A stretch of DNA of 64,000 nt from Trypanosoma brucei (Eukaryota). The stretch is from assembly GCA_000002445.1 (NCBI GenBank), contig CH464491.1:2208001-2272000 (forward strand), in the 5' to 3' direction. The notes beneath the pieces were generated by a model that worked only from the letters and a program-made list of their open reading frames with translations, had not been told where the DNA came from and did not search any database. The stretch's first letter is position 1. Each line of letters opens with the position of its first letter. Below are positions 43,601 through 52,315 of this stretch, piece by piece. The translations under genes and the position numbers were made by a program.

Positions 43601-44747
43601 TGGTCAGCTAAAAAGAACACTAGGACTTCTTTCGGCTGTGCTACCGAGGCTGCGGGATTACATCACTTCAAGGGTTGGCGAAGAGCTCTCAAGAGACAGA
43701 GAGAGCTTGTGTGTGAATGAAAAACGACGAGACACGCAAGCTGAAGAGGTCAAGCTTCTCCGCTTATCAATTGACGACACATTGCGTATAATCAATGAAG
43801 AGCAGCGGCTCAGAGTGGAAGTGGACAAGTACATTGAGTATCTCGAGAAAAAGGGTTCCATAGAGGAAGATGAAAAACGTTTGAGTGATGTTAGGTGCAC
43901 CCTTTCTGAGTTGAAAGTAAATGCTGTGCCCGCTGCAGAAGCCGTCCTCGGAAAGGATGTTGTGGAGAGGGAAAGTGTTGGCCGAATTCGTGAGCTTATT
44001 CGCGGGAAAATCAGTGCGTTGGAGTGCCTTCGTGCTCAGCAAGATGGTGTCGCCGAGGCGATGCGACAGGACATTGAGAGTCTCAAAGGTCAGCTTACTC
44101 GCGATAAGTACAAAGATATTGAAAAGCGCTACCGCACGACCTTCCTGAAGGTCCAGACTACTGAAATTGCGGTTTCGGATGTGGAAAAATATTATCGAGC
44201 GCTGGAAAAGGCAGTGCAGACCTACCACCAAGAGAAGATTGCGCAGATCAATCAAATCTTGGCTGACCTTTGGCGACACACCTACAAGGGAAGCGATATT
44301 GACACCATTGAACTCCGTTCCGAGGATGATGTCACGTCAACTACAGCGAGGCGGAGTTACAGCTATCGTGTGGTGATGAAACGGGGGAACAGTGAAATGG
44401 ACATGCGGGGCCGTTGCAGTGCGGGTCAAAAGGTACTTGCCTCTGTTCTCATCCGACTTGCGCTAAGTGAAGCCTTTTGTTGTGACTGCGGAATTCTTGC
44501 ATTAGATGAGCCGACAACGAATCTTGACGAAGATAACGCGCGTTCTCTTGCGGAGTCGCTACGCATGCTTATTGACAGTCATCGAGCAGTGAAACATTTT
44601 CAGCTTATTGTCATTACTCACGATGAGCACTTCGTCCGCGCGCTAGGAGGCCAGGCACTGGATACTTTTTATTACATTCATAAGGATAGAGAGGGCGCCT
44701 TTTCTGTGATTGAGGAGCGCACTTTCGATCAGTTGTTCGCGAGTTGA
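40698..44747 (+). CDS. RAD50: RAD50 (SMC-like DNA double-strand-break repair ATPase)
   Basis: The 1349-aa product has an N-terminal Walker A LTVILGKNGAGKTTIIEAL, about 900 aa of coiled coil with a central zinc-hook CPLCGR (nt about 42764-42781), and C-terminal signature motif CSAGQKVLASVLIRLAL, Walker B LALDEPTTNLD and a D-loop. Confidence 0.95.
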   Translation: MTSIEQIEISGVRSFDPNPNNRQRIVFKKPLTVILGKNGAGKTTIIEALLNACTGQMPPGGGTEKSSFVYDPKVVGENDVKAQIRLLFTGRGGKVMQVIRSFQATRTRNKTTFATLDNIVAFQDSATGKIISSTYRANDVDRAIPDMLGVSPAVLEHVIFCHQEDGNWPLSPPKEVKKIFDDIFAATRYVLALDRLRENNKELRRQQKEHEASLMSLSEHREQARQISADITVKEETVAGIKAKTDALAPQLQELQAIATALDNVEHRAEGLSREAAVIEGRIGEKRESLSRLNVSPPGYSLGELLQRRQNFGEKLRELESTVSTKKELMERAVAELRRCEESVVSLRSGIEFREKQEQQHKRECEELKVIMSDLSMKFVIDGEINEHCLTKITEYVNEELHNEEQKRSGELNSIDAGIRAVEDRRSTTLRAMDTEGKEKEMKEEQLRHLMKRCGDAKEALGKLAPYVTPTRLKNVQDTITELEKRVEAMELLQKGDARYRQRQDILQSVEAQNKVVAQLRQELSRHKQRSGREAEMNLLRTQIAEKEEIINNRLQEELIAGLNDLGCNTGGSQTLTTVTMQIDKLRRKMADTLYSVEAEANDLDRQLIALKQNRSQLEGKIVSENIELQRKRVQCISKLGNDDALTNFEALLVEARDRYHKLNEKLSGSKALAACHAHFVEQAKVEDKCPLCGRAFGSENELNDFLASFKVGQQTSGKDSIKEGDVEKALQRVRGLEQLESDVMDVRRLADNAPQLEESLKSTIKQIRDKEILLEDVHNKRDKVKDEMQRAQKLVQAAMEVNAMTSEKQALLQQLNRREAACAEASTSSANIGGAGEPCCAGELASLSYEELSDKYESANAELHRLNVLLSEMQRGEEGGSAQALVKELTMKRSELCELKMKLTRQAEVEATIAQYAEQEEGYVSRIAEIDDQREKLVAQLESYNKELEALHAKRKELELASQQGYIGQLKRTLGLLSAVLPRLRDYITSRVGEELSRDRESLCVNEKRRDTQAEEVKLLRLSIDDTLRIINEEQRLRVEVDKYIEYLEKKGSIEEDEKRLSDVRCTLSELKVNAVPAAEAVLGKDVVERESVGRIRELIRGKISALECLRAQQDGVAEAMRQDIESLKGQLTRDKYKDIEKRYRTTFLKVQTTEIAVSDVEKYYRALEKAVQTYHQEKIAQINQILADLWRHTYKGSDIDTIELRSEDDVTSTTARRSYSYRVVMKRGNSEMDMRGRCSAGQKVLASVLIRLALSEAFCCDCGILALDEPTTNLDEDNARSLAESLRMLIDSHRAVKHFQLIVITHDEHFVRALGGQALDTFYYIHKDREGAFSVIEERTFDQLFAS

Positions 44748-45600
44748 GAGGTGTAAACCTCCTTGCTTACGACTGGATGTGGATGTGCTACCACGCGTGG
44801 TCGTGTGTTGAAAACAGAAAGATGTTTGAAGGGGGAAAAAATGAGAAATGGGCGCACTGTGGGGAGTGCGGGAAATAAAAATGGTAGTACGTGAAAGGAG
44901 GAGCACCTCAAGGTGGGCTGAGTTGTTTGTTTGTTTTTGTTTTATTGTATTTCACTCTTCAAGTTAGCCCTTTAAACATTGCTGTCTCCCTGTACGTGTA
45001 GGCCCTAACTTAGTTGCTGTGCGTCGCTTGCACACGAGTCAGAGGAGAGTAAATAAAAAGAACAGAGAAATGCTAAAAAAGCAAAAGGAAGAGGGATGAA
45101 TGGGTGACACCCGTGGTGATGGATAGTGGAGAGTTTGAAGATACTTTGTAATGCCCCATCGTTTCTTTATATACAAAAATATATAAACCTATATATCCAT
45201 CTGTACACAGAGATAAGTCTATATATATATATATATTTGTATTCATATATTCAAGATTATATACCTCAAAACTTTCTTCATCTCCCTGCGCATACATCTA
45301 CAAATACACATATATATGTATATCTATATATGCATGGGCTCATGCAAGCACATTACCTCACGTGCGTAGCACACAAATTGCGCTTATGAGGGTGGGCTCC
45401 CATGGTGGAGTGCTGCCAGAACTCCGGTTTCCTCATCGGCGCGACCCTTCTTTTTGTAGTTCCTTTTATTTAATATAAAGATGAAATATATATTTCTTCA
45501 CTGCGCATACATGTACACCTCTCCGTATATACCATACCTATCACCTTTCCTTTCTACACAATTCCACTGTTATATAAACGATTATACAAACACACGTGTA

Positions 45601-45624
45601 ATATATATATATATATATATATAT
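45601..45624. repeat. (AT)12 microsatellite inside a roughly 500-bp AT-rich imperfect-repeat intergenic region (about 45150-45650)
   Basis: The sequence atatatatatatatatatatatat was read directly from the window. The surrounding region is rich in tatata, catacat and atacaca motifs. Confidence 0.9.
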
Positions 45625-46057
45625 GTTCACCACTTTTGTTATGTTTTTTCTTTTTTTTGTGTTTCAGAGTTTTTCGTTACACACATTTTTTTCCTGGTTT
45701 TGATGCCGGTCCTGATTCCTTCCTCCCACTCTTATAGTAAAAAAGATGAAGGGAAGGGAGTTTAAAATAAGATTTTTTTAAAAAAGACAAGCTGAGTCGG
45801 TAATGATCTGGAGGAGAGCCGTTCGTTTTTTTTTTTTCGTTTTTGTCTATAGAGATTTAAGTATAAGTAACTCTTTGAGTCCTTTAGGGGTCAACTTCCT
45901 GATTAAACTCCTTACATTTGTTCAGTCGCTGTGTCCTTCGCATCCGTGCGCATGAAAAAATTAATAAAGTGCTAATTTGCTTTTCTAATCCTCCCTTTTT
46001 TTTTTCTTTCTCCCCCCACGCATGCTTTTGAAGTTTTGATTCTTTTTAGTAGAAACG

Positions 46058-46987
46058 ATGAGGTCAACTGAGGTCGGGCGTGTTGTGGAGGATTTTATTG
46101 TACTCCCTCCGACACCCAAGTCCAAGTGGAAGTTGTCTGATTTCGAGCTTTTGCACAAACTTGGCGGCGGCAATTACGGGGATGTACACCTCGCCTCCGT
46201 GAAGGATTGCAATTTTGTTTGCGCGCTGAAAAGGTTGTCCATTAAAAAACTTGCGGATTTTGACATTGCGACGCAACTCCGTCGTGAAATTGAGATCGCT
46301 TTTAACACGCGTCACAAGTACCTGCTGCGAACCTATGCATACTTCTTTGACGAAACTGATATTTATCTCATTATGGAGCCATGCAGCAACGGCATGCTTT
46401 ACACGGAACTCAACCGAGTGAAATGCTTTGCGCCACCGACAGCAGCCCGTTACGTGGCTCAGCTCGCTGAAGCCCTCCTCTACTTGCATCAACATCACAT
46501 CCTCCACCGCGACATTAAGCCGGAGAATATTTTACTAGATCACAACAATAACATCAAACTGGCGGATTTCGGTTGGTCAGTCCACGATCCGGATAACCGT
46601 CGCAAGACATCTTGCGGGACGCCAGAGTATTTTCCACCAGAAATTGTGGGACGACAAGCGTACGATACGAGTGCTGACCTTTGGTGCCTGGGCATCTTCT
46701 GTTATGAGCTTCTCGTTGGTAAAACACCGTTTGTTGGAAAGGATACAGACCAAATCTGCAAGAACATTCATTCCATGCACTTCAAAATACCGGAGAATAT
46801 ACCGTCAGAAGCGAAGGACCTCATCGCGAACTTGCTTCTGCGTGATGGGTCACGGAGGCTTGCACTTCACCGTGTCGTGAATCACCAGTTCCTTCTCAAG
46901 TATTATTATCTCCCAAACAATTTACAACCTCCCACTGGAAAGCGTCCGCGTCTCGATGCAGAGCCAACTGCAGGGAAAGAGAATTAA
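46058..46987 (+). CDS. AUK1: Aurora kinase
   Basis: The 309-aa product has [12 protein letters not shown] and the Aurora activation-loop signature [30 protein letters not shown] (human AURKA: [30 protein letters not shown]). The symbol AUK1 is inferred from the 309-aa length and from synteny with RAD51 and RAD50 as I remember it in T. brucei; it is not verified. Confidence 0.88.
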   Translation: [309 protein letters not shown]

Positions 46988-47159
46988 AAATCACAACAGA
47001 AGCAAAAGTGAAGGAAGGGAGAAAAACACTTTTAGGCATTACCCCGCATGAGTTGTATTGTGCTTGTGTGTTCTCATACAAACACTCTCATAATTGATGG
47101 TGTATTTGTACTACTTGTTCACTGCTGTTTATTAGAGAGAGGAAGAATGGGGGCGGGGG

Positions 47160-47182
47160 AAACAACAACAACAACAACAACA
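47160..47182. repeat. (AAC)7 trinucleotide microsatellite
   Basis: The sequence aacaacaacaacaacaacaaca was read directly from the window. Confidence 0.9.
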
Positions 47183-48012
47183 GTGACAACCGAAAAGCCT
47201 TGCTTCCCTTTTGGTTTATTTCCGAGGGTAAGTCGTGTCTGTTTTTTTTTCTTTCTGTAATTTTAATCTCAAAGTTCCTTACCCAGTTTCTATTTGAATT
47301 TAATTATCACTTTTCTTTCGTTTGTTACGCTTGTTTTTCGCCACTTTGCCCGCTTGTAGGAGAGTGTCGGCTCATTTCCTTCACCTACGGAAGAAGTGAA
47401 GGGACGTGCGGTGATGATTATTGGATTCTTTGAAGCAGTAAAGGCGTGTAAATGTACACGCATGATGGAGTTGTACACCTGCTGGGCAGTGTTTTACTAG
47501 CGGCTAGTGGCAGTTTAGGATTGTGTTCGTGTTGAGTTTGTTTGTTTGTTTGTTTTTTTGCTTTTGCGCTATCATTATTATTGTTGTTGTTTTTTACGTC
47601 GCCATTACAATTGTACTGTTATATATTACCCTTCTTCTTGTTTTTGCGCTCGTTTTTCGGCTCGGTTGTTTGTACCCTTCCCATAATTTTTTAGAGGGAC
47701 AGAGGTGTGATGATGCAACTCATGACTCGTGTTGTTTGTGCTGGCAGACAAGTAAAGCGAGAATCAAAAAAAAATAATAATAAATAATAATATCGAGAGG
47801 AACCCATCAGGCACCTTGTGTGAGGCAATTTGCAAGCGAGGACCAAGAAAATAGAACCCCGCTAGAGGCGTAGATTTCGGAGAGGATTGTTCGATATAAC
47901 TCCCCCTTTTCTTCACTATTTTCTCACCCCTTCCATCATGTTGAAACCGCTTCTTCGCCAAGTCGCTAATTTCAGGCTCCTTCCTTCTTGCTGTGAATTG
48001 AAACACTGCTTT

Positions 48013-48055
48013 CCCTTTCCCTTTTCCTTTTCCTTTTCCCTTTTCCTTTTTTCTT
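48013..48055. repeat. (CCTTTT)n hexanucleotide-like repeat; a (GK)n run appears in the minus-strand shadow ORF
   Basis: The sequence ccctttcccttttccttttccttttcccttttcctttttt was read directly from the window. Confidence 0.9.
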
Positions 48056-48202
48056 CTTTTGCTCCCCCCTTCCACTTCGCATGTAAGGGTCGCTTTTTTG
48101 TCTCTTTTTCTAAATCACCTTTTAAAAAAAATAATAAATAAATAAATTAAATCTGTAGGCCATTTTCTTGTCACAGAATACAAATTCATATACGTTTTAT
48201 AG

Positions 48203-49396
48203 ATGGAGTTCTCTGGATCTACATTATCCGTTGTGGAGGTCGAGCACACCGTTAGGCAACTGCGCCCATTTCCCCTTCAAGATATCGGAACGGCAGAGTG
48301 GAAGAATCAGCGGGAAGCCGTGGAGCGACTCAACATGTGCACTCATAGTAACGCCGTTCTGAAAAAAGACGATACAGTTAAGGCATTTCTCATAGAACAT
48401 GAAAAGCTTCCTGTGTTACTGCACGAGTTGTTGGTTATGGAAGTGTGGCGGCAGCGTGTGCTTCCATTGATAAAGGACCAAATAGTCCAGCATCCAGCTG
48501 GCATTTACATGTACGTGCAGTACGAGATGGTGTTGCTAAACCTCTTCGAGTGCATCGCATTTCACGAGGAAGTTGTGGTGGCTCTTGACGAGGATGTATT
48601 GGAGTTAATTGACTACTGTTGGCGACAGGCTTCGAGACTTTTCGCAGAGCAGAATGTCAACGAAGTGCAGAGCAAACCAACAGCCCGGGATGTTAGCAAC
48701 GCTGCGAATACGGTGGAGGAGGTCCTCAAAAGTGCGGACCGGCAGATGCTTCATGCCATTTATCAGCGTGCAATGGCTTCCCTTTCTATCCTGTGGTTTA
48801 TCATCGATCGGTTGAACCAACTTCCTCTCGCGGCGTCCAACTCGGTTCTCGTGAAGAACGATCTCATTCTTGGACTTACGGAGGTGATGTTGCTTCAGCC
48901 GTGGTTACGGCGCTCCTCAGAGGCAACACAGAAGTTTTTCAACGGTGAGTTCAAAGACATTCCGCGGGCTGATGTATTGCTTGTTTGTACGCCTGAGGCC
49001 CACACATGGTTTTCGCTCCATAAACTACTTTGTGACCCGGAGTGCCGGCGGCGGTACTCGTATACACAAAGCAAGAAGGAACTCATCCTGCGCATTCGAC
49101 ATTTTCTTAATGACACCCTCGTTGATCAAATACCAGCTCTTGCGAGCTTGCAGAGGGCGCTTGAGGAGCTTTCGTTTCTCCAACCGCCCAGCGGAACAGA
49201 AGAAAAGTTTAAAAGCACTCTTACGATTGAGCAGGTCCCACGTATCATGACGTTGGTGGAGGTGGAGAGAAAAGGGAGTTGGGACGATCTCGCGTCCACG
49301 TTACGTGCCATGCTGCAGGACCCGAGTGTTCGCAACGAGGACGCGATGAGGTTATCGAGAATATTTGACGAAATGTTTTCCGATCAGTTGAAGTAA
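48203..49396 (+). CDS. ZMYND10: ZMYND10/DNAAF7-like protein (axonemal dynein-arm assembly factor homolog) lacking the C-terminal MYND finger
   Basis: The N-terminus [30 protein letters not shown]...[22 protein letters not shown] aligns with human ZMYND10 [30 protein letters not shown]...[32 protein letters not shown] matches LDLVDYCHRK, and [23 protein letters not shown] matches [23 protein letters not shown]. The ORF stops at 397 aa without any Cys/His cluster. Confidence 0.7.
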   Translation: [397 protein letters not shown]

Positions 49397-49565
49397 CGAA
49401 CATCTGATATATCCACATGCGATGAAACCATCCGGGTCTGCGTGTCAAAATGGCTGAGGTAAGAAATTACAGACCTAGAAAGGAGGTACAGAGTTATAAT
49501 ATATACATATTGGGTGGATACTGAAGGATAGTGCGGCCCGTTTGTTTTACCCCATATTTTTTCAG

Positions 49566-49596
49566 CACACACACACACACACTCTCTCTCCCTCTT
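49566..49596. repeat. Compound (CA)n(CT)n microsatellite
   Basis: The sequence cacacacacacacacactctctctccctc was read directly from the window. Confidence 0.9.
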
Positions 49597-50113
49597 TCAT
49601 TTCTTACCTTTTCATTTTACTTAATTCTTATGGCAACGGCCACTGCTGCCTTTCCGTTGTGTGGAAAAAGTATGTCAGCATCTTTGATCTCCTGAAAGGG
49701 GAGTAGCAAGGGAGGAGTTGAATAATTGTAGACGATAGTTCACGGCACGGGTAAACGTACCGTAATAAGGACGCGCAACAAACTGTGTGTAGTTGTGTGT
49801 GTCTATCTTATAGTTTCGTGCGTGTGACGTTTTTTTTTTTAGATTCCAGTTCTTATAGAATAATAGAGCGGGGGGTTGGGCGAGGGGGTGTGCAAAAAGT
49901 TATATATATATATATATACCAGATCCTGCAGGCAGGTTCTTCGCACTGCAGCTCTGAAGTGAGAAAGCTAAGGCGGTTGGCGTAGGGGGAACTGATATAA
50001 GATATACAGTGAAAGTTGTTCTTTGAGAAAGTAAGAGGTGGACGGAGGTGAGGCGCTAGGACTAATAGTGGCGCCTGATATATTGTGCGACATTCGGTGT
50101 ATGTTAGAAGGGC

Positions 50114-52315
50114 ATGTCTGATGTTCCGGAGCTTCCGTCATTTGAGGCGGCGGACGTTGACGACCGTCCGCCACCTCCATCGATCAGTGACTACCCCATA
50201 GGCTGTGAGGTGGGTCTCGTGGATATCAACATTGCCAAGGTGGCACAGACGGAGGAGTTGTGGGAGCCTTTCATGGACCACTTCTTTACTCAAGGAAGAC
50301 GGACGGTGCGGGTGGTGAGACACCAGGGCGATTATACCTTTGTGGTAAGCGAGGAAGATTCCATGATTGTGGGTTGCACATTGTACCGTGCCTGTCTTTG
50401 TGAACCTAAGGTGCGCATCGGTAAGTACGGTGGCACCAATGCCATAGTTTTAGGGTGTGACAGCACACACTCCATTGAGAGACGCACTTCCGGTTTGTCT
50501 GTCGTGACGGATCGTGAAGGTGATGCGGTGTGGGGCCCTGACTCGCCATTTCCTGATGGCGCAGCTGCCGATGGGGCCCCGGTGCCTGAATTTACGCCCC
50601 CAAGAGAGTCTGAGATTCCTTCGGACTGCCTCGAACGTGGGGGCCCATGTGTGCAGGAGCAACCAACGAAAGGGCAGGCCACACTGGAGGAGCGACGGTA
50701 CAATTCTGCGTTAATGAAGGCCTACGATGCTAGGATGAGGAAGGATTATAGTGAAGCCGTGCGGTACTGCACCAAGGCGTTGAGGCATTGTCCCAGTGGC
50801 TGTGTGAGAGCATTAGCTAACCGTTCAGCTATGTACCTGAGCATGCGTGACCCGAAAGCGGCCCTTGCGGATGCTCTTAAGGTGATTGAGCTGATGCCCA
50901 GCAACTATGTAGGCTACGTTCGCGCGGGTAATGCCATGCGTGGATTGAAGCGGAATGGAGAGGCACGGAACTTTTACCAGGAGGCACTAAAGTTGGACCC
51001 AAACAACGAAACAATTAAGTATCTAGAAAAAGATAACGCGGTGCTGATGGTGTACGCCTCGAGGCGGCGCAGAGGGCAGCATGCCTACGTTAGTGTGGAT
51101 CGATCGACCCTTAATATCATTCTCGTATCGGGGAAGGATCAGTGTGCAGGTGACGTAGCCTGGGAAGAAATAACGTCTATTGTAGCTCCACTCGGTGAGA
51201 CTGCGGATCTTTGCGATGCATCAGCGTGTATTTGCCCCCCACACGTGTGTGGAAACTGTTACCGACCACTTACCAAAGTCGAGGATTTCTTCAACTCTCT
51301 TGTAGGTGTGGAGCTTAGTCTCTTGAATGAGCTGTACAGCGGATGCAATGCTGTAAGTTGTACTTACAGCTGTGGCACCGTGTTCTGCTCAGAGAATTGT
51401 CGTACGAAGGGTTGGGCTTCTCACCACTGGATAGAATGCCCTGTTATCGGCAAGTGGCGTGAAGCATTTAAGAATATACCTGCTGTTTACAGATCGTTCT
51501 ACGCTGATTGTGCGTCCCACATAAATATGGTGACACCTGCAAAGGAGCAGGCAAACGGCTCGACAGATGGCCGTGATGGTTCCAGCAATTATGACGGCCC
51601 GTTTGCTTCACTTGCCTTATCTGTGGAGGGTAACCTAACTCAGGCACTGATTGCGTGCTGTCGACTTGCTTGCCGTATGTTTGTGGATGCCGTTAGTCGT
51701 GGACAGGCACTGAAGGATGTGGTCCTGCCATACAATTGGTTGTTGCCAGAAGATTGTAGCTACGTTCGTGTGACTGACGAAGGGGCAGCCAATAACGTGT
51801 TCACCCTAATCGCTAACAAGATGCTTAGACCCGTTTACGTATCACTTGAGCGGTGCTTTGATAACGAAGAGGGGGAATATCTTTCATTTGAGCTCTTCCT
51901 TCGCTTTTTTGAGCGAGCCCGCTTCAACAGCATCAAGTTACGCACATCATTGTGGCCCACCGTGCAGAAGGAAGCAAGGTGCTACAAGGAGCGACCCGCA
52001 GGTTTCGGTACCACAGAAATCGTAGGAGGACGAAATGTAGGTGTCTCTCTGGACCGGCAGTTGGAACACATTCAGTCGGCCCAAGCGACCTCTGTTGCGG
52101 GTTATTACGAGTACCTTGCGCTTTTTACCGCCTTTCCGGCGGCTTTCTCTCCACAACCGACCCGAAGTAAGCGAAACTTGGAGTCGTCGCGTCACAACTT
52201 GAATTTGAGGTTGGATATCGAGTCCTCTGCGATGATTCGAGCGGATGCAATTGAATATATTGCCGAAGGCGAGCAAATGGCTGTGGATCGATTGACTACA
52301 ACATATTTTGTGTAG
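50114..52315 (+). CDS. TPR-repeat protein with an internal MYND-type zinc finger
   Basis: The 733-aa product has TPR-like repeats at about aa 200-300 (AVRYCTKALRHCPSG...AALADALKVIELMPSNYVGYVRAGNAMRGLKRNGEARNFYQEALKLDPNNE). It also has a Cys/His cluster CGNC...CTYSCGTVFCSENCRTKGWASHHWIEC whose second half matches MYND, Y/FC-x3-C-x4-W-x2-HH/K-x3-C (compare ZMYND10 YCCRECQVKHWEKHGKTC). Confidence 0.65.
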   Translation: MSDVPELPSFEAADVDDRPPPPSISDYPIGCEVGLVDINIAKVAQTEELWEPFMDHFFTQGRRTVRVVRHQGDYTFVVSEEDSMIVGCTLYRACLCEPKVRIGKYGGTNAIVLGCDSTHSIERRTSGLSVVTDREGDAVWGPDSPFPDGAAADGAPVPEFTPPRESEIPSDCLERGGPCVQEQPTKGQATLEERRYNSALMKAYDARMRKDYSEAVRYCTKALRHCPSGCVRALANRSAMYLSMRDPKAALADALKVIELMPSNYVGYVRAGNAMRGLKRNGEARNFYQEALKLDPNNETIKYLEKDNAVLMVYASRRRRGQHAYVSVDRSTLNIILVSGKDQCAGDVAWEEITSIVAPLGETADLCDASACICPPHVCGNCYRPLTKVEDFFNSLVGVELSLLNELYSGCNAVSCTYSCGTVFCSENCRTKGWASHHWIECPVIGKWREAFKNIPAVYRSFYADCASHINMVTPAKEQANGSTDGRDGSSNYDGPFASLALSVEGNLTQALIACCRLACRMFVDAVSRGQALKDVVLPYNWLLPEDCSYVRVTDEGAANNVFTLIANKMLRPVYVSLERCFDNEEGEYLSFELFLRFFERARFNSIKLRTSLWPTVQKEARCYKERPAGFGTTEIVGGRNVGVSLDRQLEHIQSAQATSVAGYYEYLALFTAFPAAFSPQPTRSKRNLESSRHNLNLRLDIESSAMIRADAIEYIAEGEQMAVDRLTTTYFV

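Noticed and set aside
47764-48075. A 103-aa minus-strand ORF containing (GK)n.
   Set aside because: It is an artefact of translating the (CCTTTT)n microsatellite at 48013-48055, not a gene.
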